From: Bugula neritina
Taxonomy: Eukaryota > Animalia > Bryozoa
Assembly: GCA_964035545.1 (NCBI GenBank)
Contig: OZ037768.1
Coordinates: 1,116,001-1,180,000, forward strand
Length of the DNA stretch: 64,000 nucleotides
Reading direction: 5' to 3'
Position numbers and translations under genes: made by a program. The notes beneath the pieces are model-generated. The model made no database searches and was not told where the DNA came from. It saw nothing but the letters and a program-made list of their open reading frames with translations. This document shows, in pieces, positions 37,060 through 50,200 of the stretch (its first letter is position 1; each line of letters begins with the position of its first letter).

Positions 37060-37704
37060 GAGTAGCAGTTGCTAGGAGATAAAGAGAAAGCAATTGCTAG
37101 GAGATCACATGAGAGCTGTTGCTAGGAGATAGAGTGAGAGCTGTTGTTAGGAGACCAAATGAGAGCTGTTGCTAGGAGACTGAGTGTCAGTTGCTAGGAG
37201 ACTGAGTGACAGTTGCTAGGGGATAGAGTGAAAGCTGTTGCTAGGGGATAGAGTGAAAGCTGTTGCTAGGAGACTGAGTGGCAGTTGCTAAGAGACAGAG
37301 TGAGAGCTGTTACTAGGAGACTGAGTGGCAGTTGCTAGGAGACTGAGTGGCAGTTGCTAGGAGACTGAGTGGCTGTTGCTAGGAGACTGAGTGGCAGTTG
37401 CTAGGAGAGCGAGTGAGAGCTGTTGCTAAGAGACAGAGTGAGAGCTGTTACTAGGAGACTGAGTGGCAGTTGCTAGGAGACTGAGTGGCAGTTGCTAGGA
37501 GACTGAGTGGCAGTTGCTAGGAGACTGAGTGGCAGTTGCTAGGAGAGCGAGTGAGAGCTGTTGCTAAGAGACAGAGTGAGAGCTGTTGCTAGGAGACTGA
37601 GTGGCAGTTGCTAGGAGACTGAGTGGCAGTTGCTAGGAGTGCGAGTGAGAGCTGTTGTTAGGGGATAGAGTGAAAGCTGTTGCTAGGAGAGCGAGTGAGA
37701 GCTA
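37060..37704 (-). repeat. 21/23-bp minisatellite overlapping the TMEM168 stop codon and 3' UTR
   Basis: gttgctaggagactgagtggca / gttgctaggagagcgagtgagagct units. Confidence 0.93.
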
Positions 37705-40700
37705 GGGGTTTTGAAGAACCTGACGAGTTTAAACCCGTGCCCTATGTGGAGCTGATTCGGTGGACAGACAGACATACGGAGTAGAGAGAAGCATTTAGAG
37801 AAGAAGCTGCAGACGCAGCAGAGCCGCTTGCTGTCAAAGATGGAGTAAAGCAGAAGGAAGGGTCGTATGCTGAAGAAGAAGCTCTCACTCCAGTGTTTAT
37901 TCATCTCATCTACCGACGGCTCGTGAAACCTGAAGAACGTCCAGTAAGGGGAGATGCCGTAGGTGGTGATGATAGGAGTTGAGAAGTCTGCGGAATAGAC
38001 AGAGCTCTGCCGGTTACAGTTGTAATCCACCCAGTCTCGAGTGAAGTCCCCGATAGAAAATGCCTGATCTCGTTCACAATCTTTCATCACAAAAATGGTT
38101 TGTATACCTACAGAGAAGATTTACTCTGGTAGTAACAGATTGGCGACACAGCAATTCAAACAGATTTTCCATACAAACAGGAAGTAGAACTTTGCGTACA
38201 AACAGGAAGTAGAACTTTGCGTACAAACAGAAAGTGAAACTTTGCATACAAACAGAAGTGAATACTTACCAACATAAGCAATGCTAGTTTTCCTCACAAG
38301 TGGTACCCAGTAGTTGGACTTGGCTGTGTCTAGAACCAGAATGAGTCTGGAAGTTTGGGACACCTCGTGATCCGTCCACATTGTAATCAGCCTGCCATAC
38401 GAGAATTCAGCCCCATCTACACATGATATAAACAAGCATCATGTGAGTTTCCAAAGACAACTGATTTATTTATCCTATAAAAATTGGAATGCTTTATTCG
38501 ACAGGATCAGGAAGTTGAAGGACATTATATGAGGCTAATCATTTTGTGCACAGAATTCTACATCTTTATTTATCATGTAATAGATCTATACAAAGTTTTA
38601 TGTTTCTGCTTTCAATACTTGCTTGAATTTCTGACAAAATGATATTACATATAAAGTAGTGACTAACCTTTAAGAGCCCAATCACCATTCTCTATGACAG
38701 GTCCACTGTAGTACAACAGGTACGTGTCATATGCTATGCCCTGTTTAGTTTTCATAGAGAAGAACTTGTTCAGTGAGGCAGCCAGCATGTCTTGTGTCAC
38801 CCTGTCTGAGGAGTACTCACAACCACCTGTTCAGTATGTCATACAAGAGTTATTTCACAACCACCTGTTCAGTATTTCATATAAGAGTTAGCTCACAACC
38901 ACCTGTTCAGTATGTCATATAAGAGCTAGTTCACAACCACCTGTTCAGTATTTCATATATAAGAGTTAGCTCACAACCACCTGTTCAGTATGTCATATAA
39001 GAGCTAGTTCACAACCACCTGTTTAGTATGTCATACAAGAGTTAGTTCACAACCACCTGTTCAGTATGTCATACAAGAGTTAGTTCACAACCACCTGTTC
39101 AGTATGTCATATAAGAGTTAGTTGGTGAAAGCTTTACCAAACTATGCTGAGTGGTGGCGAGTAAACTCTCCTTTTATTTTCTTCTCTTGTAAAGTATGAA
39201 TAATAAAAAGAGGCAATAAACAAACAATAACAAACTAACCGTCTTCAACAAGATGGTGACTAAAAAACTCCTGAATCAGTCTGAGTGATCTCGTGGCAAA
39301 CGAAGTGCTGACTTGAGCATTTCTCAGATTGGCAGCATCATCACTGTAACTGTAACGGCAGCAGTAGCAAGACTTAGACTGTTTTAGTGTTACTGTGACT
39401 GTTAGTGTTACTGTAACTATTGGTGGCACTGTAACTGTTAGTATTACTGTGACTATTGGTGGCACTGTAACTGTTGATACTATGATGACTGTTAGTGTTA
39501 CACTTATACGTTAATACACAGCAAGCTTTACCCATTCCACTTCTAGTTACACAAACATACACCTTATAGATGCCGACCTACTGCTGACCTAACATGACAC
39601 ATATTAGTTGAGTCACAGGGTTGGAGCCTGGTAGCACTAAGGGTGATGCTTTAACAGCACCGACCTTGATACTATGTCATACGTCATACTATGTCATGTT
39701 CAAAGCCTCTGTGCTGTGCTAGCATCCCTATTTGAGATGTCCACCGAGATTGTAAGTATTTATAGATACACTATTTATAGATACACTATTTATAGATACG
39801 CTATTTATAGATACGCTATTTATAGATACGCTATTTATAGATATGCTATTTATATAACATAAATATAACATCCTCTGATGGAACATTTAGCAAATGCTAT
39901 AGCCCACAAACCTGCGCAAGACGGAGGGGGTGACGAGAGCATAGCCACAACACGACCCGCCGAGGTTAATAGAGAGATCTCGGAGGAAGCTGATGAGGAT
40001 AACCTGCAGGGGGAGACAAATGAGGAGAAGGCCACATGTTACGTCTGTCTGTGTGGTCCAACTCCACATGAACTGTGCTAGAGTTATTATAGCATTGCCC
40101 ACCATCTGCACAGTATGTTAAAACAATGTGTATACAATGTACTAGCAGCATTAGTATGCTGTGAGTAGAGAACAATATACACTAACTTACTGTAAGTATA
40201 CAACCAAGTTGGTACATCTGGTAAGTATATAAGGACGGATGCACTAACCAAAGGGTAGGTGAGTGTATATAAGGACGTATGCACTAACCAAGGGGTAAGT
40301 ATGTATATAAGGACGTACGCACTAACCAAAGGGTAGGTGAGTGTATATAAGGACGTACGCACTAACCAAGGGGTAGATAAGTAAGTATATAAGGACGTTT
40401 GCACTAACCAAGGGGTAGATAAGTAAGTATATAAGGACGTTTGCACTAACCAAGGGGTAGATAAGTAAGTATATAAAGAGGTATGCACTAACCAAGGGGT
40501 GAGTAAGTATATAAGGACGGATGCACTAACCAAAAGGTAGGTGAGTGTATATAAGGATGTACGCACTAACCAAAGGGTAGGTAAGTAAGTATATAAGGAC
40601 GTATGCACTAACCAAGGGGTGAGTATGTATATAAGGACATATGCACTAACCAAGGGGTAGGTAAACAAGGCAAAGTGTCTCAAGCCCCTTGAACTGAATA

Positions 40701-43238
40701 TGTGAGATAAACTTCTGGTTGTGTCTGACTTGAGTATCTCCACAGCTTTCTTCACCTGTACAACAGCCAATCATGTTGGAGTATACAACAGCCAATCATG
40801 TTGGAGTATACAACAGCCAATCATATTGGAGTATACAACAGCCAATCATATTGGAGTACACAACAGCCAATCATATTGGAGTATACAACAGCCAATCATA
40901 CTGGAGTATACAACAGCCAATCATGTTCATATGTTCACATTGATAGCGATTATGCTCATAGATATACTCACTCTGCTCCATAACTTCCAGTTGATGATAA
41001 CATAGAGAATGTGTAGAGGCAGCCAAATGGCCAATGAGCACGCAGAATACAAAGGAATGACCAACCACCATTCTTTATGAGTACTGAGAGTGTTGGCGAC
41101 TAGCAGAAGCAGTACTGTCTCCACACAGAACATGAGAACTGCCAGCAACCTCAGTACACAGAGAGGAGTTTCTACAAGTGAGTGACAGAGTGAGTAGTGA
41201 GTGATACAGTGAGTAGTGAGTGACACAGTGAGTAGTGAGTCACATAATGAGTATTGAGTGACACAATGAGTAGTGAGTAACACAGTGAGTAGTGAGTAAC
41301 AGAGTGAGTAGTGAGTAACAGAGTGAGCAGTGAGTCACACAGTGAGCAGTGAGTCACACAGTGAGCAGTGAGTGACACAGTGAGTAGTGAGTGACACAAT
41401 GAGTAGTGAGTAACACAGTGAGTAGTGAGTAACACAGTGAGTAGTGAGTGACACAGTGAGCAGTGAGTCACACAGTGGGCAGTGAGTCACACAGTGAGCA
41501 GTGAGTTACACAGTGAGCAGTGAGTCACACAGTGTGCAATGAGTGACACAATGAGCAGTGAGTAACAGAGTGAGTAGTGAGTCACACAGTGAGCAGTGAG
41601 TCACACGGTGAGCAGTGAGTGACACAATGAGCAGTGAGTAACAGAGTGAGTAGTGAGTCACACAGTGAGTAGTGAGTCACACAGTGAGTAGTGAGTCACA
41701 CAGTGAGTAGTGAGTTACAACAAATGCAATAAAATGAGTAGACAACTTTCATGTGTCACAGTTGCTCGGCCAAGATAACTATTCACGCTGTATCAGGAAA
41801 CAGATTTGGTGGGAGAGAAACTTCTGTACAAAGCAGGTTGATATGACAGCCACTTTGTATCCTACATTAAGTTGTTGTTACTAATAGCAGGCTACACATG
41901 TATACTGTATAGCATATCCAACAGTGTTGAAATATACAGTTGTATAGTGCAAACAGGTGACTATAATGAGACATGTCAAAATATTTAACTGTCAGTTACC
42001 CTTACAGGCTGCATTTAGAGACATGAAGAGTCAGGGAGAACTTCCTCATTGCTAGTAGCTAACACAGTTCAGTTACTAGTTTAGTTCTTAGGATGAGTTC
42101 TAAGGGTGGTAATGTTATCAGATGTGGTAATAAATTCTATGTTTGTCAGCAACAACTCAGCTAGGTGATGAACAAGCTAGTAATTAGTGACTCCCAAAAA
42201 GAACATAACTCCAGCTTACCAAATATGGGGCTCCAGGTGGAAAGGCTGGAGTAGGTAGAAGCAAATATATCCATTGCTGACTCGACAGCGGCAATACAAA
42301 CAAAGACCAGCAGAGAGAGTCTGTTCATGTACTCTGTCCCGTATAATACTGTCTTCAAGTTGAGCAGCACAAAGAGCGGTATTATTAGTATAAAACTTAC
42401 GCTCCTTCTATGGAAGGAAAATATTGCTAATCCAATAAATATAATTGAGCAGATAATTCCAAAGGAGTTTGGGATGCCACTGATAGGCACAGAGACAGCT
42501 AGTCCAGCTAAGGCTGAGAGTTCGTGCAGACGTATAGGTACGGGAGGGGGCGGTGTAACAATGCTCCGCTTTAAAGATGCCCAAGTGATATATATAGCCA
42601 GTGCTGCAACCAGTAAGACATTCATGTACATCTCGTGATCGGCACTATGAACTAGTTGAGTCTGAGAGAATGCTATAACACCGAGCAGTATGGAAGGGAG
42701 GAAGGTCAAGGTGAAGGGCATAAGAATGCTGGTCTTATGTTGACTAAGTTGGAAAGAGAGAATGAAAGAAAAGATAACCCCAGTTGCAGATAGCAATGCG
42801 ACGGCCACCACCCATCCTGGGTTTATCAATAGCTTCCATCTGCAAAACACACAAATAAAATATAGAATATTTACTACAGCACAGCAAGGTTATTCTAAAG
42901 GAGAGAGAGAACACAACTTTGTAAAATCAAAAGATATCATCTTAATTGAGTTCTTTTGGCAATGCCAGGCCTAGGTTAAAGGTACCACCTGGGTGATTGG
43001 TCATAGGTTAAAGGTTATGCATGATGCCCCAAATACATGTAAAATTGAATACGACAGTAATATAACTCGGAACACTAACACCAAAAACTGTAGAGGGTAC
43101 TAGGTGAATAGTAGGATAAGGAATTGCCTTCTCTCTGCAAGGAACTGACCTGACATGTACTCCGACACCCAGCCCAGCCCAGAACACTACGTAGGCAATA
43201 ATCCTCACCAGTTCTGTCAGTTTGTCCAACGCACCCAT
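37683..43238 (-). CDS. TMEM168: Transmembrane protein 168
   Basis: Exons ~43238-43150, ~42840-42220, ~41172-40942, 40756-40651, ~40107-39864, ~39347-39240, 38826-38669, ~38420-38270, ~38107-37683. Motifs SRGLRHFAL, SLGGSCCGYAL, RLIQEFFSHHLVE, YDTYLLYYSG..GDWAL, SRLILVLDT, IGDFTRDWVDYN, GHGFKLV. Confidence 0.85.
38817..39122 (-). repeat. 38-bp minisatellite containing the 3' splice site plus first 10 exon bases
   Basis: tcacaaccacctgttcagtatgtcatataagagttag(t/c) x8. Confidence 0.93.
39756..39853. repeat. 15-bp minisatellite next to TMEM168 donor
   Basis: ctatttatagatacg x~6. Confidence 0.9.
40218..40664 (-). repeat. 38-42-bp minisatellite containing the donor site
   Basis: gtatataaggacgtatgcactaaccaaggggtag... 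x~11 (minus strand ccccttg|GTTAGTgc). Confidence 0.93.
40757..40928 (-). repeat. 25-bp minisatellite filling a TMEM168 intron
   Basis: tacaacagccaatcatattggagta x~7. Confidence 0.93.
41177..41718 (-). repeat. 19-bp minisatellite forming the pyrimidine-rich tract before an acceptor
   Basis: gtgagtagtgagtcacaca units, ~28 copies. Confidence 0.93.
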
Positions 43239-45283
43239 TACTGGAGATTAGAATCAGTCACCACTAACATCTACAAGTAACATCTACTATAACTATTAGT
43301 ATTAGCAATAGTAATGCTAATACAAACACTGAAATAGTAATACTAATAATAAAACTAGTAATAAAACTACATTCAAATTACCCTAAGTAATAAGTATTAC
43401 AGTTACTATCACCACTAATATTATTAGTATTGGATTTTCATTTCATTATTAATATTATTAATTATTATAATTATTATTTTAATAAAATTATAACAACATG
43501 ATGGTGAACATGAACAACAATTACAATAACTATAAAAATATAAAATAAAAATTAGGTGTAATTGAATGTAATATTATTTATATTGATACTCAGAATTAAC
43601 ATGCAGAATAAGGATATATTATTTAGAACATTCTAATCTTTTTTGTTATCTCAATCTGTTACTAACAAGATCCATTGCTTGCAAACGAAATAACTAGAAA
43701 CTGAAATCTCTCTTGAGAATGAGAAATGTTTAGTACCAATTAAAAATACAAGCTACTTGAATTTATTGCTGATTGGATAATGATCAACAAAGTTGTTATA
43801 TTATTGGCTGCTAAGTCTAGTATTTAAAGGGGTGAAGGTTAAGAAGCTGGCAAACCGCTTGAAACAGCACCAGGTCGTCGGTCATTGCATGCACTGGTTC
43901 AGAAGCTTCAGGTCAAGAGTTGGGTTTACACATCGAACCCAGCTCAGTGGGTTATAAATTGAAGCATGGAGCCCCTAACTCCAAACTCGAGAATCGTAAA
44001 CTATTGCACTCTGTCACCCCTAACTAGGAGCTGTTTATAAAGCAATTCGAGCTGATCAGGCTTGGAGGACTAGACTGTATTTTGTCAAATGCCTGAGATT
44101 TTTACACAAAAATGCCGCAAGCACTCAAGCTACAAGCATGAAGTACACGTGTTCTGTTTGCAAATTCAGATGTTTACTAAACCATGACTATCACTATGTA
44201 TAAAGAGTTCCACGTCAACATAATAAATTCATTCAACTGGTAGTCTTGTTATTTAAGGCCTGTTTCATTGTTTGTGCATCTGTTTGACATTGTTTTAATT
44301 CGATATTCATATTGATATTGTAATTTTAATTGACATTCAAAGACAAATTTAATGTTATTTTTAATGTTTATGATTTTATCTTCAAGATTATGTACGTTAT
44401 TTTCCTTAGATTTTAATTTTGTCTTAAACTTTAAGTATTAACGTGTTAAAACTTAAATGTTAAATACTAATAGTAATAGTAATACTAATAATAATAGGAT
44501 AGTGTCATTAGTGATTAGTGATATTCAAATTAGTTAGCCCACGGTTACTGTTAATGTTAGTGTGAGTATTACTACTAGTACTACTATTAGTATTACTATT
44601 AGTGTGCTAGTGTAAGTGTTATTGTAATTATTGATGTTAGAGTAAAAAATGATAATATTGAAGTGAAGAAATGATAATTAAATTCTTCACTTGACTAATC
44701 TAAATCTAAAAGTAAGACTAAAATCATCGAGTAAATAATAATATGCAATACTGTCTCACTCGTCTTTAGACCCAGTATTAATGTTATGTTTATGTTAATT
44801 ATTCACTAATAGTAATTATTGTTATTACAATGTGGATTATAAATACTTTTGAAAAATAATAAATATTTTTAATATATCAAATTTTCTTCTGCATACACAA
44901 TTTGAATATGATTATATAATTTAGTATAAGATTTTGCTTACTACTACCAGCTTGGAGCTTGTTTATACTTTGGAAAACTTGCCTGCAATAAATGAATAGT
45001 TTCGGTTTACGAGTATGATTATGCAATCTTTCACTAACTCAAATCTTTGATGATTTGTTTTTTATTTTGATTTGGGGGTTTATTATAATATAAGCCAAAT
45101 GTTTTTGTATTAATTCTATTTTCTGCGCTTGCAACCTTCTTACAAAAATGCTATGTATACATGAAGTGTTAATAACATCCAATAGACTCTTGATTTATGC
45201 CTGGTAATATCCTTCAACACATTCTTATTGTGTATAAATAATGTTGTGGCTGATCTGATTGTTATAATTTATTTTTTAGAAAG

Positions 45284-47001
45284 ATGAAAGTTCTTCAGAT
45301 AGTGTTGCTGAGTGCAGTAGTAGTTGTTGGTGTGTTTAGTAAAGATGAAAGTGTGAAACATGGCACTCCAACAAAGAATGACCATTATAAAGATGGAAAA
45401 CATGAGGATGATTATGACCATGAGGCTGTTCTAGGATCAGAAGATGATGTCGAGGAATATTCGCATCTGTCTCCTGAGGAAGCTAAAGAACGTCTCAAAA
45501 AGCTTATAGTCAAATCTGATGTTAATGGTGATGGTCACATAGATATGGAAGAACTGGTTAAATGGATATTAAACTCATTTTCGTAAGTTGAGCCGTGAAA
45601 CAAATCTATAATCACTTATGCTATTAACATTCACATGTTTCTCTCACTTCTGTGAATCATAAAGTATTTCGTTTAGCTGTTCAAACTGTGTTTACTTTCT
45701 GCTATATGTATATTCAGCGCCACATGACAGTCCTTTCGAAGGTCACTCTGATAAACTACAGCTACTTAGTACTGTGCTGTCTGTTTGTTCCCAGACTATT
45801 TATTGTAAATGCATATGGTTTATCAGTTCCCTGAATTTGGAGGACACTAAAGATAGATTGGAGGTTGATGATAAGAATGCAGATGGATTCGTTACCTGGG
45901 AAGAGTTTACTGAGTCTACTTACGGTATGTCGGAAGAAGAGCTCGCCGAGCTCCAGGAAACGGGCGGCGAATCTGAAAACGCTCAAAAGAAAATGGCCAA
46001 GGTAATGGCCTCTCACTTAGATGATATTTGTGTTTTCAAGTTTTAATTTTTTTTGCAAAATGAGTTTTAGCTTAAAACCAAGACACGGCGGATCACATTC
46101 GGATAATGACTTGCTGCTAGAGTTAGGACATCTGGCGCCATTGGAGGTAGAAAGTATTGTGATGCTGTATTCATTGTAGTCACTAAAATTTGACAAGAAG
46201 AAATTCCAGGCAGCAGATGAGAATGGTGATGGAAAGTTGAGTTTAGAGGAGGCCGTAGCTTTTCTACACCCGTATGACTATTCCAGGATGTCAGATGTAG
46301 AGACTGACCGGGTGTTGGATGAGTTTGACACAAATGGTGACGGGAAGATAGATGTGAAAGAATATCTCTCAAATGCAGCATTCGCCGACAGTAAGCTTCT
46401 AGAAATCTCTCAGCTGTAAAATTGCTTCAATATATTTGTTCTTCACATATTCTGGATGTACTTGGAGCATCAACAAAATAGTATATCAAGGAAATAAATT
46501 CCATTATGTAGGGAGCCATGTTAACATGTATGTGGTTAAATACCCTTTTACTTTGAGACAATTTTGGGGATTTTCATATCATGAAGCATAGTTTTAGTCT
46601 ACTAGAAACTACATTAAATGTTATGCTAAGTTACAAGCTTTCAAACAAATATTAATAAGTGTATTGAATGTTGAGCACCAGCCATCAAATAATGTAGTTT
46701 TATAAACCTCAGTTCTCAATGCTGCATATATTCTCTGGTAGGAGATGAAGAAGATAAGATTGCGGAGAAGGAAAACTTTCTATACTTTGACGAAGACAAA
46801 GACGAAACGCTAAACAAAGCAGAAATATTGAAGTGGGTTTCCCCCGAGCTTGAGAAGGTGGCAGACGAAGAGGCTCAGCATTTGATGAGTGAAACAGACA
46901 AAAATAAAGATGGTCAGTTATCTGCACAGGAAATACTCGATGAGCATGAATTGTGGGTAGGAAGCGAGGCTACTGGCTACGGTGACCACGACGAGTTATA
47001 A
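45284..47001 (+). CDS. CREC-family (reticulocalbin/calumenin) EF-hand Ca2+-binding ER protein
   Basis: Signal peptide, YDHEAVLG, LSPEEAKERL, multiple EF-hands (DVNGDGHID, DKNADGFVTWEE, DENGDGKLS, DTNGDGKID, DKNKDGQLS), WVGSEATGYG, C-terminal HDEL-stop. Exons ~45284-45582, 45827-46001, ~46197-46390, ~46742-47001. Confidence 0.93.
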
Positions 47002-47266
47002 CCAAACTACGCAGAATCTCTCCTAGTCAGATTTTCCACTCAATTATTTAAGGTTTTGTTACGAGTCTGAAATGAAAGTCACACGCAACACGAGTATGTT
47101 GAGTTCTGAATTAAAATCTGACTTGCACACGCCATTTTTTATTTTGTATATATATTTGATATTTATATAATATTAGTTCTAAAATAAAACTAGATATTTA
47201 TGAATTTAATACATGTATTCACATCTTCCAGCCTTAGTGACATAAAACATATATAATAACAAGTAA

Positions 47267-50200
47267 TTAATCGTTAGCCTTCTTTCTCAAGTTTCTATTC
47301 TTGACATTAGCGGTTTCATAATAATGAACGCCGGTCTTCTTACTCCTTCCCGCCCTCTCTAGTGCTCGTCTCTGTAATCACACACAAAGTCATAAATCTC
47401 AACGCGACATCTCCGCACATCCACGTAGACTCACTTCCACCACTCATACACGTACACGCATACATTTGCCAACACATCACCCTCAACGTACCCAGGGATT
47501 AGCAAAGTAATTAATTATCTTGATGTTTGCACAGCTAAGTACCATAACGTGGCAATACATCATTAGATTAAATGGTTTTGTATATCAGCATATTTACCTG
47601 CTTTGCAGTTAACTTCGGCTGTTTTGCTACCACTTCATCATCTGCAACAGATTTTGAACTTTTCGGGCTCTTTTGCTTAGGAGTTGCTAAAACACAGAAG
47701 CAAACCACACCTTCATATGTGCCTAACATTCCCACAGAGCAGTATAATATATTGCTACACAGTTGAAACTGGGTTGTTTTTAGTCTACAACAGGCTTTAA
47801 AGGGACCTGTACTTCACACTGTTTAGATTTTAATACTCCTAGATTCAGTGTTATTCTTTCAATAACACTTTCATGCATTGCAATTACCCAACCCCCACCC
47901 TCGTACAAACATTTTTTCTAATACATTACTGTTAATATGCAGATGGGGAGGAAAACTTAATTATAATACCTTTTTTTGTTTTGTCTTCCACAATAAATAC
48001 TCCACTTGATGTCTTTAATTTGCTAGTTGACCCAATGACCTTGGAAATAGGTCGCTTATTAGACTTTGATTCTTTGCGATGACCCCGAAGAGATACATCA
48101 TCTTTCTGTGTGTCAACACTGGTTTCCATGGTAACAATTTCTTCATCTCCAGAGTCAGCATCAGAAAACCCAGGGTCATCGGCTAAACCCTCTTCATCTA
48201 GTTCCTGAATATCTTCACCTTCAAAATCTGGCTCCACCTAAAAGTCATGACTCATTACATAACACAGATAATTACATCAAAAGTACAGGAAACTTTGTCT
48301 TATTGCATCGTAACTTTCCCACTCAACATGTAAATTGTCACGTACTGTGAATTAGCTTAAAATTTGCAGTTAACACACTCAGCAAGTGACTGCTACGAAA
48401 AGCGATTTTACGTTTCCATGGTATTAATCGTAAACAAACACATGATATGCAAACACCACCAATCAAATTGAGAACAAAAGTTGGCTTGCATCATCTATTA
48501 TAACAATAAATAGACTCGTAGTTTTACCTGCAGTTTCCTGTAGTCTTGTTTTATTTCTACTTGTAATTGTGTGTTGTTGATTGGGTTGACTGTAGTGGCT
48601 GTAGTCTCTGTAGTATTCATTGTGGTTGTTGCATCTGTAGTAACTGTATTGTCTGTAGCAACTGTTGCATCTGTAGTAGCATCAGGCACATTAGTGGTAG
48701 TAGCTTGCGTATTAGTCTTGGAAGGCTACAAAAGGAATAGCACACATTGATATGACATACTAAGTATATAATATATAATATACACTCACTTAGAGTTGTC
48801 TTCTCTCTCATATATACATATATTATTGTTGCAGTGGCTTTTTGGCAGTTTTCCAAAAATCATTGTGTAACGAAAGCTATTTGTGAAAGCTTTCGTGATA
48901 GCTATTAACTGACAGTTTTTGGTAGATGAGTCAGTGTGGCTCAGTTTTCCTCCTGCTAAAGATGCAGGCAATCTATACTTAATTGTCAAAATAATTGTAA
49001 GTATCAAGTATTATATTATCTTTTGTTTTGAACTTCATTAACTAAATGTTTTGTCAGCTATGTAATTAATGTTGAGTTAACAATATGTTTGTAATTTTCA
49101 TGGTTATAGGTTACAGTAAAGTACAAGTACAAGTAAAGTACCAGTACAAGTAAAGTAAAGTATGAGTATGAGTCTAAGTATGAATGAAGTCTAACATAGA
49201 TAATATACTGTTGGCAATAAACAAAAATAGAGTTGTGGCCTGCATCTGTGTCCTCCATTCATTCACCCTTCATTAAGTGAATCATAATACACGGGTATCC
49301 GTGCCAAACAGCACCCGTGCTGACGCAGCAACAATTATCAGCTGATACAGTAACCACTATCGGCTGTCACAATTATATCATACACTGTGTGTTCACCGAG
49401 AATTGTCCTCTCTCTTATACATTATATTAGACACTGAGAGTTGTCTACTCTGTATTACACTCACCGGGAGTTCCGTGGAGCCGGGTGGTCTCACAAAGTA
49501 GGGGAGTTTTCCTCTCTGGAAGTCGTTGAGAATAATCTTGGCGGCTGTAGGAATATCTGGCTCACCTTTCTGTTTAACAAAGCAATACATTTATAGCAAC
49601 TCTACATCCCCTCTCTCTCCGTATACCTCTGGTACACCCCCCCTCTCTCCGTATACCTCTGGTACACCCCCCTCTCTCCGTATACCTCTGGTACACCCCC
49701 TCCCCTGTACACCTCTGGTACACCCCCTCCCCTGTACACCTTTGGTACACATATTTCATGAAGCACTTTTGCAATAATTCTGTGAAAAGAAAATTAATGT
49801 TCCATAGAAATTAGAACATACCAAATACCACGGGAAGCACAGATTTTATATCAACTTGGACAGAGAGGGTTGACAGAGTTCATCTATTTCTAATGGCCGC
49901 TAGAGTAGTAAAGCAGTGAATACGCACCTTCAACAGTTTACCGTATCTCTTAGCCACTTGCTCGAGGAAGTCCTCGTGATCTGTCCAGGCGGAGATGTTG
50001 TAAGTCTTGATAAGGTACTCAGACTTCACCCTGTTCAGCACCTCAGGTATGTGATCTTCGGGGGCGTTGATGTTCTCTACCCTCACCACCCCTGAGGTTA
50101 GGAGAGAGATGTGACAAGGTAGACAGTATAGAGTGAATGTATGAAGAAGGGGTAGCAACTAGTTTCAGTATACTATAAAGAAATACTGTTGGAATATAAC

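Noticed and set aside
43965-44030. CCCCTAACT motifs as a possible telomerase RNA template
   Set aside because: Not a 1.5-repeat CTAACCCTAAC-type template and no other supporting structure identified
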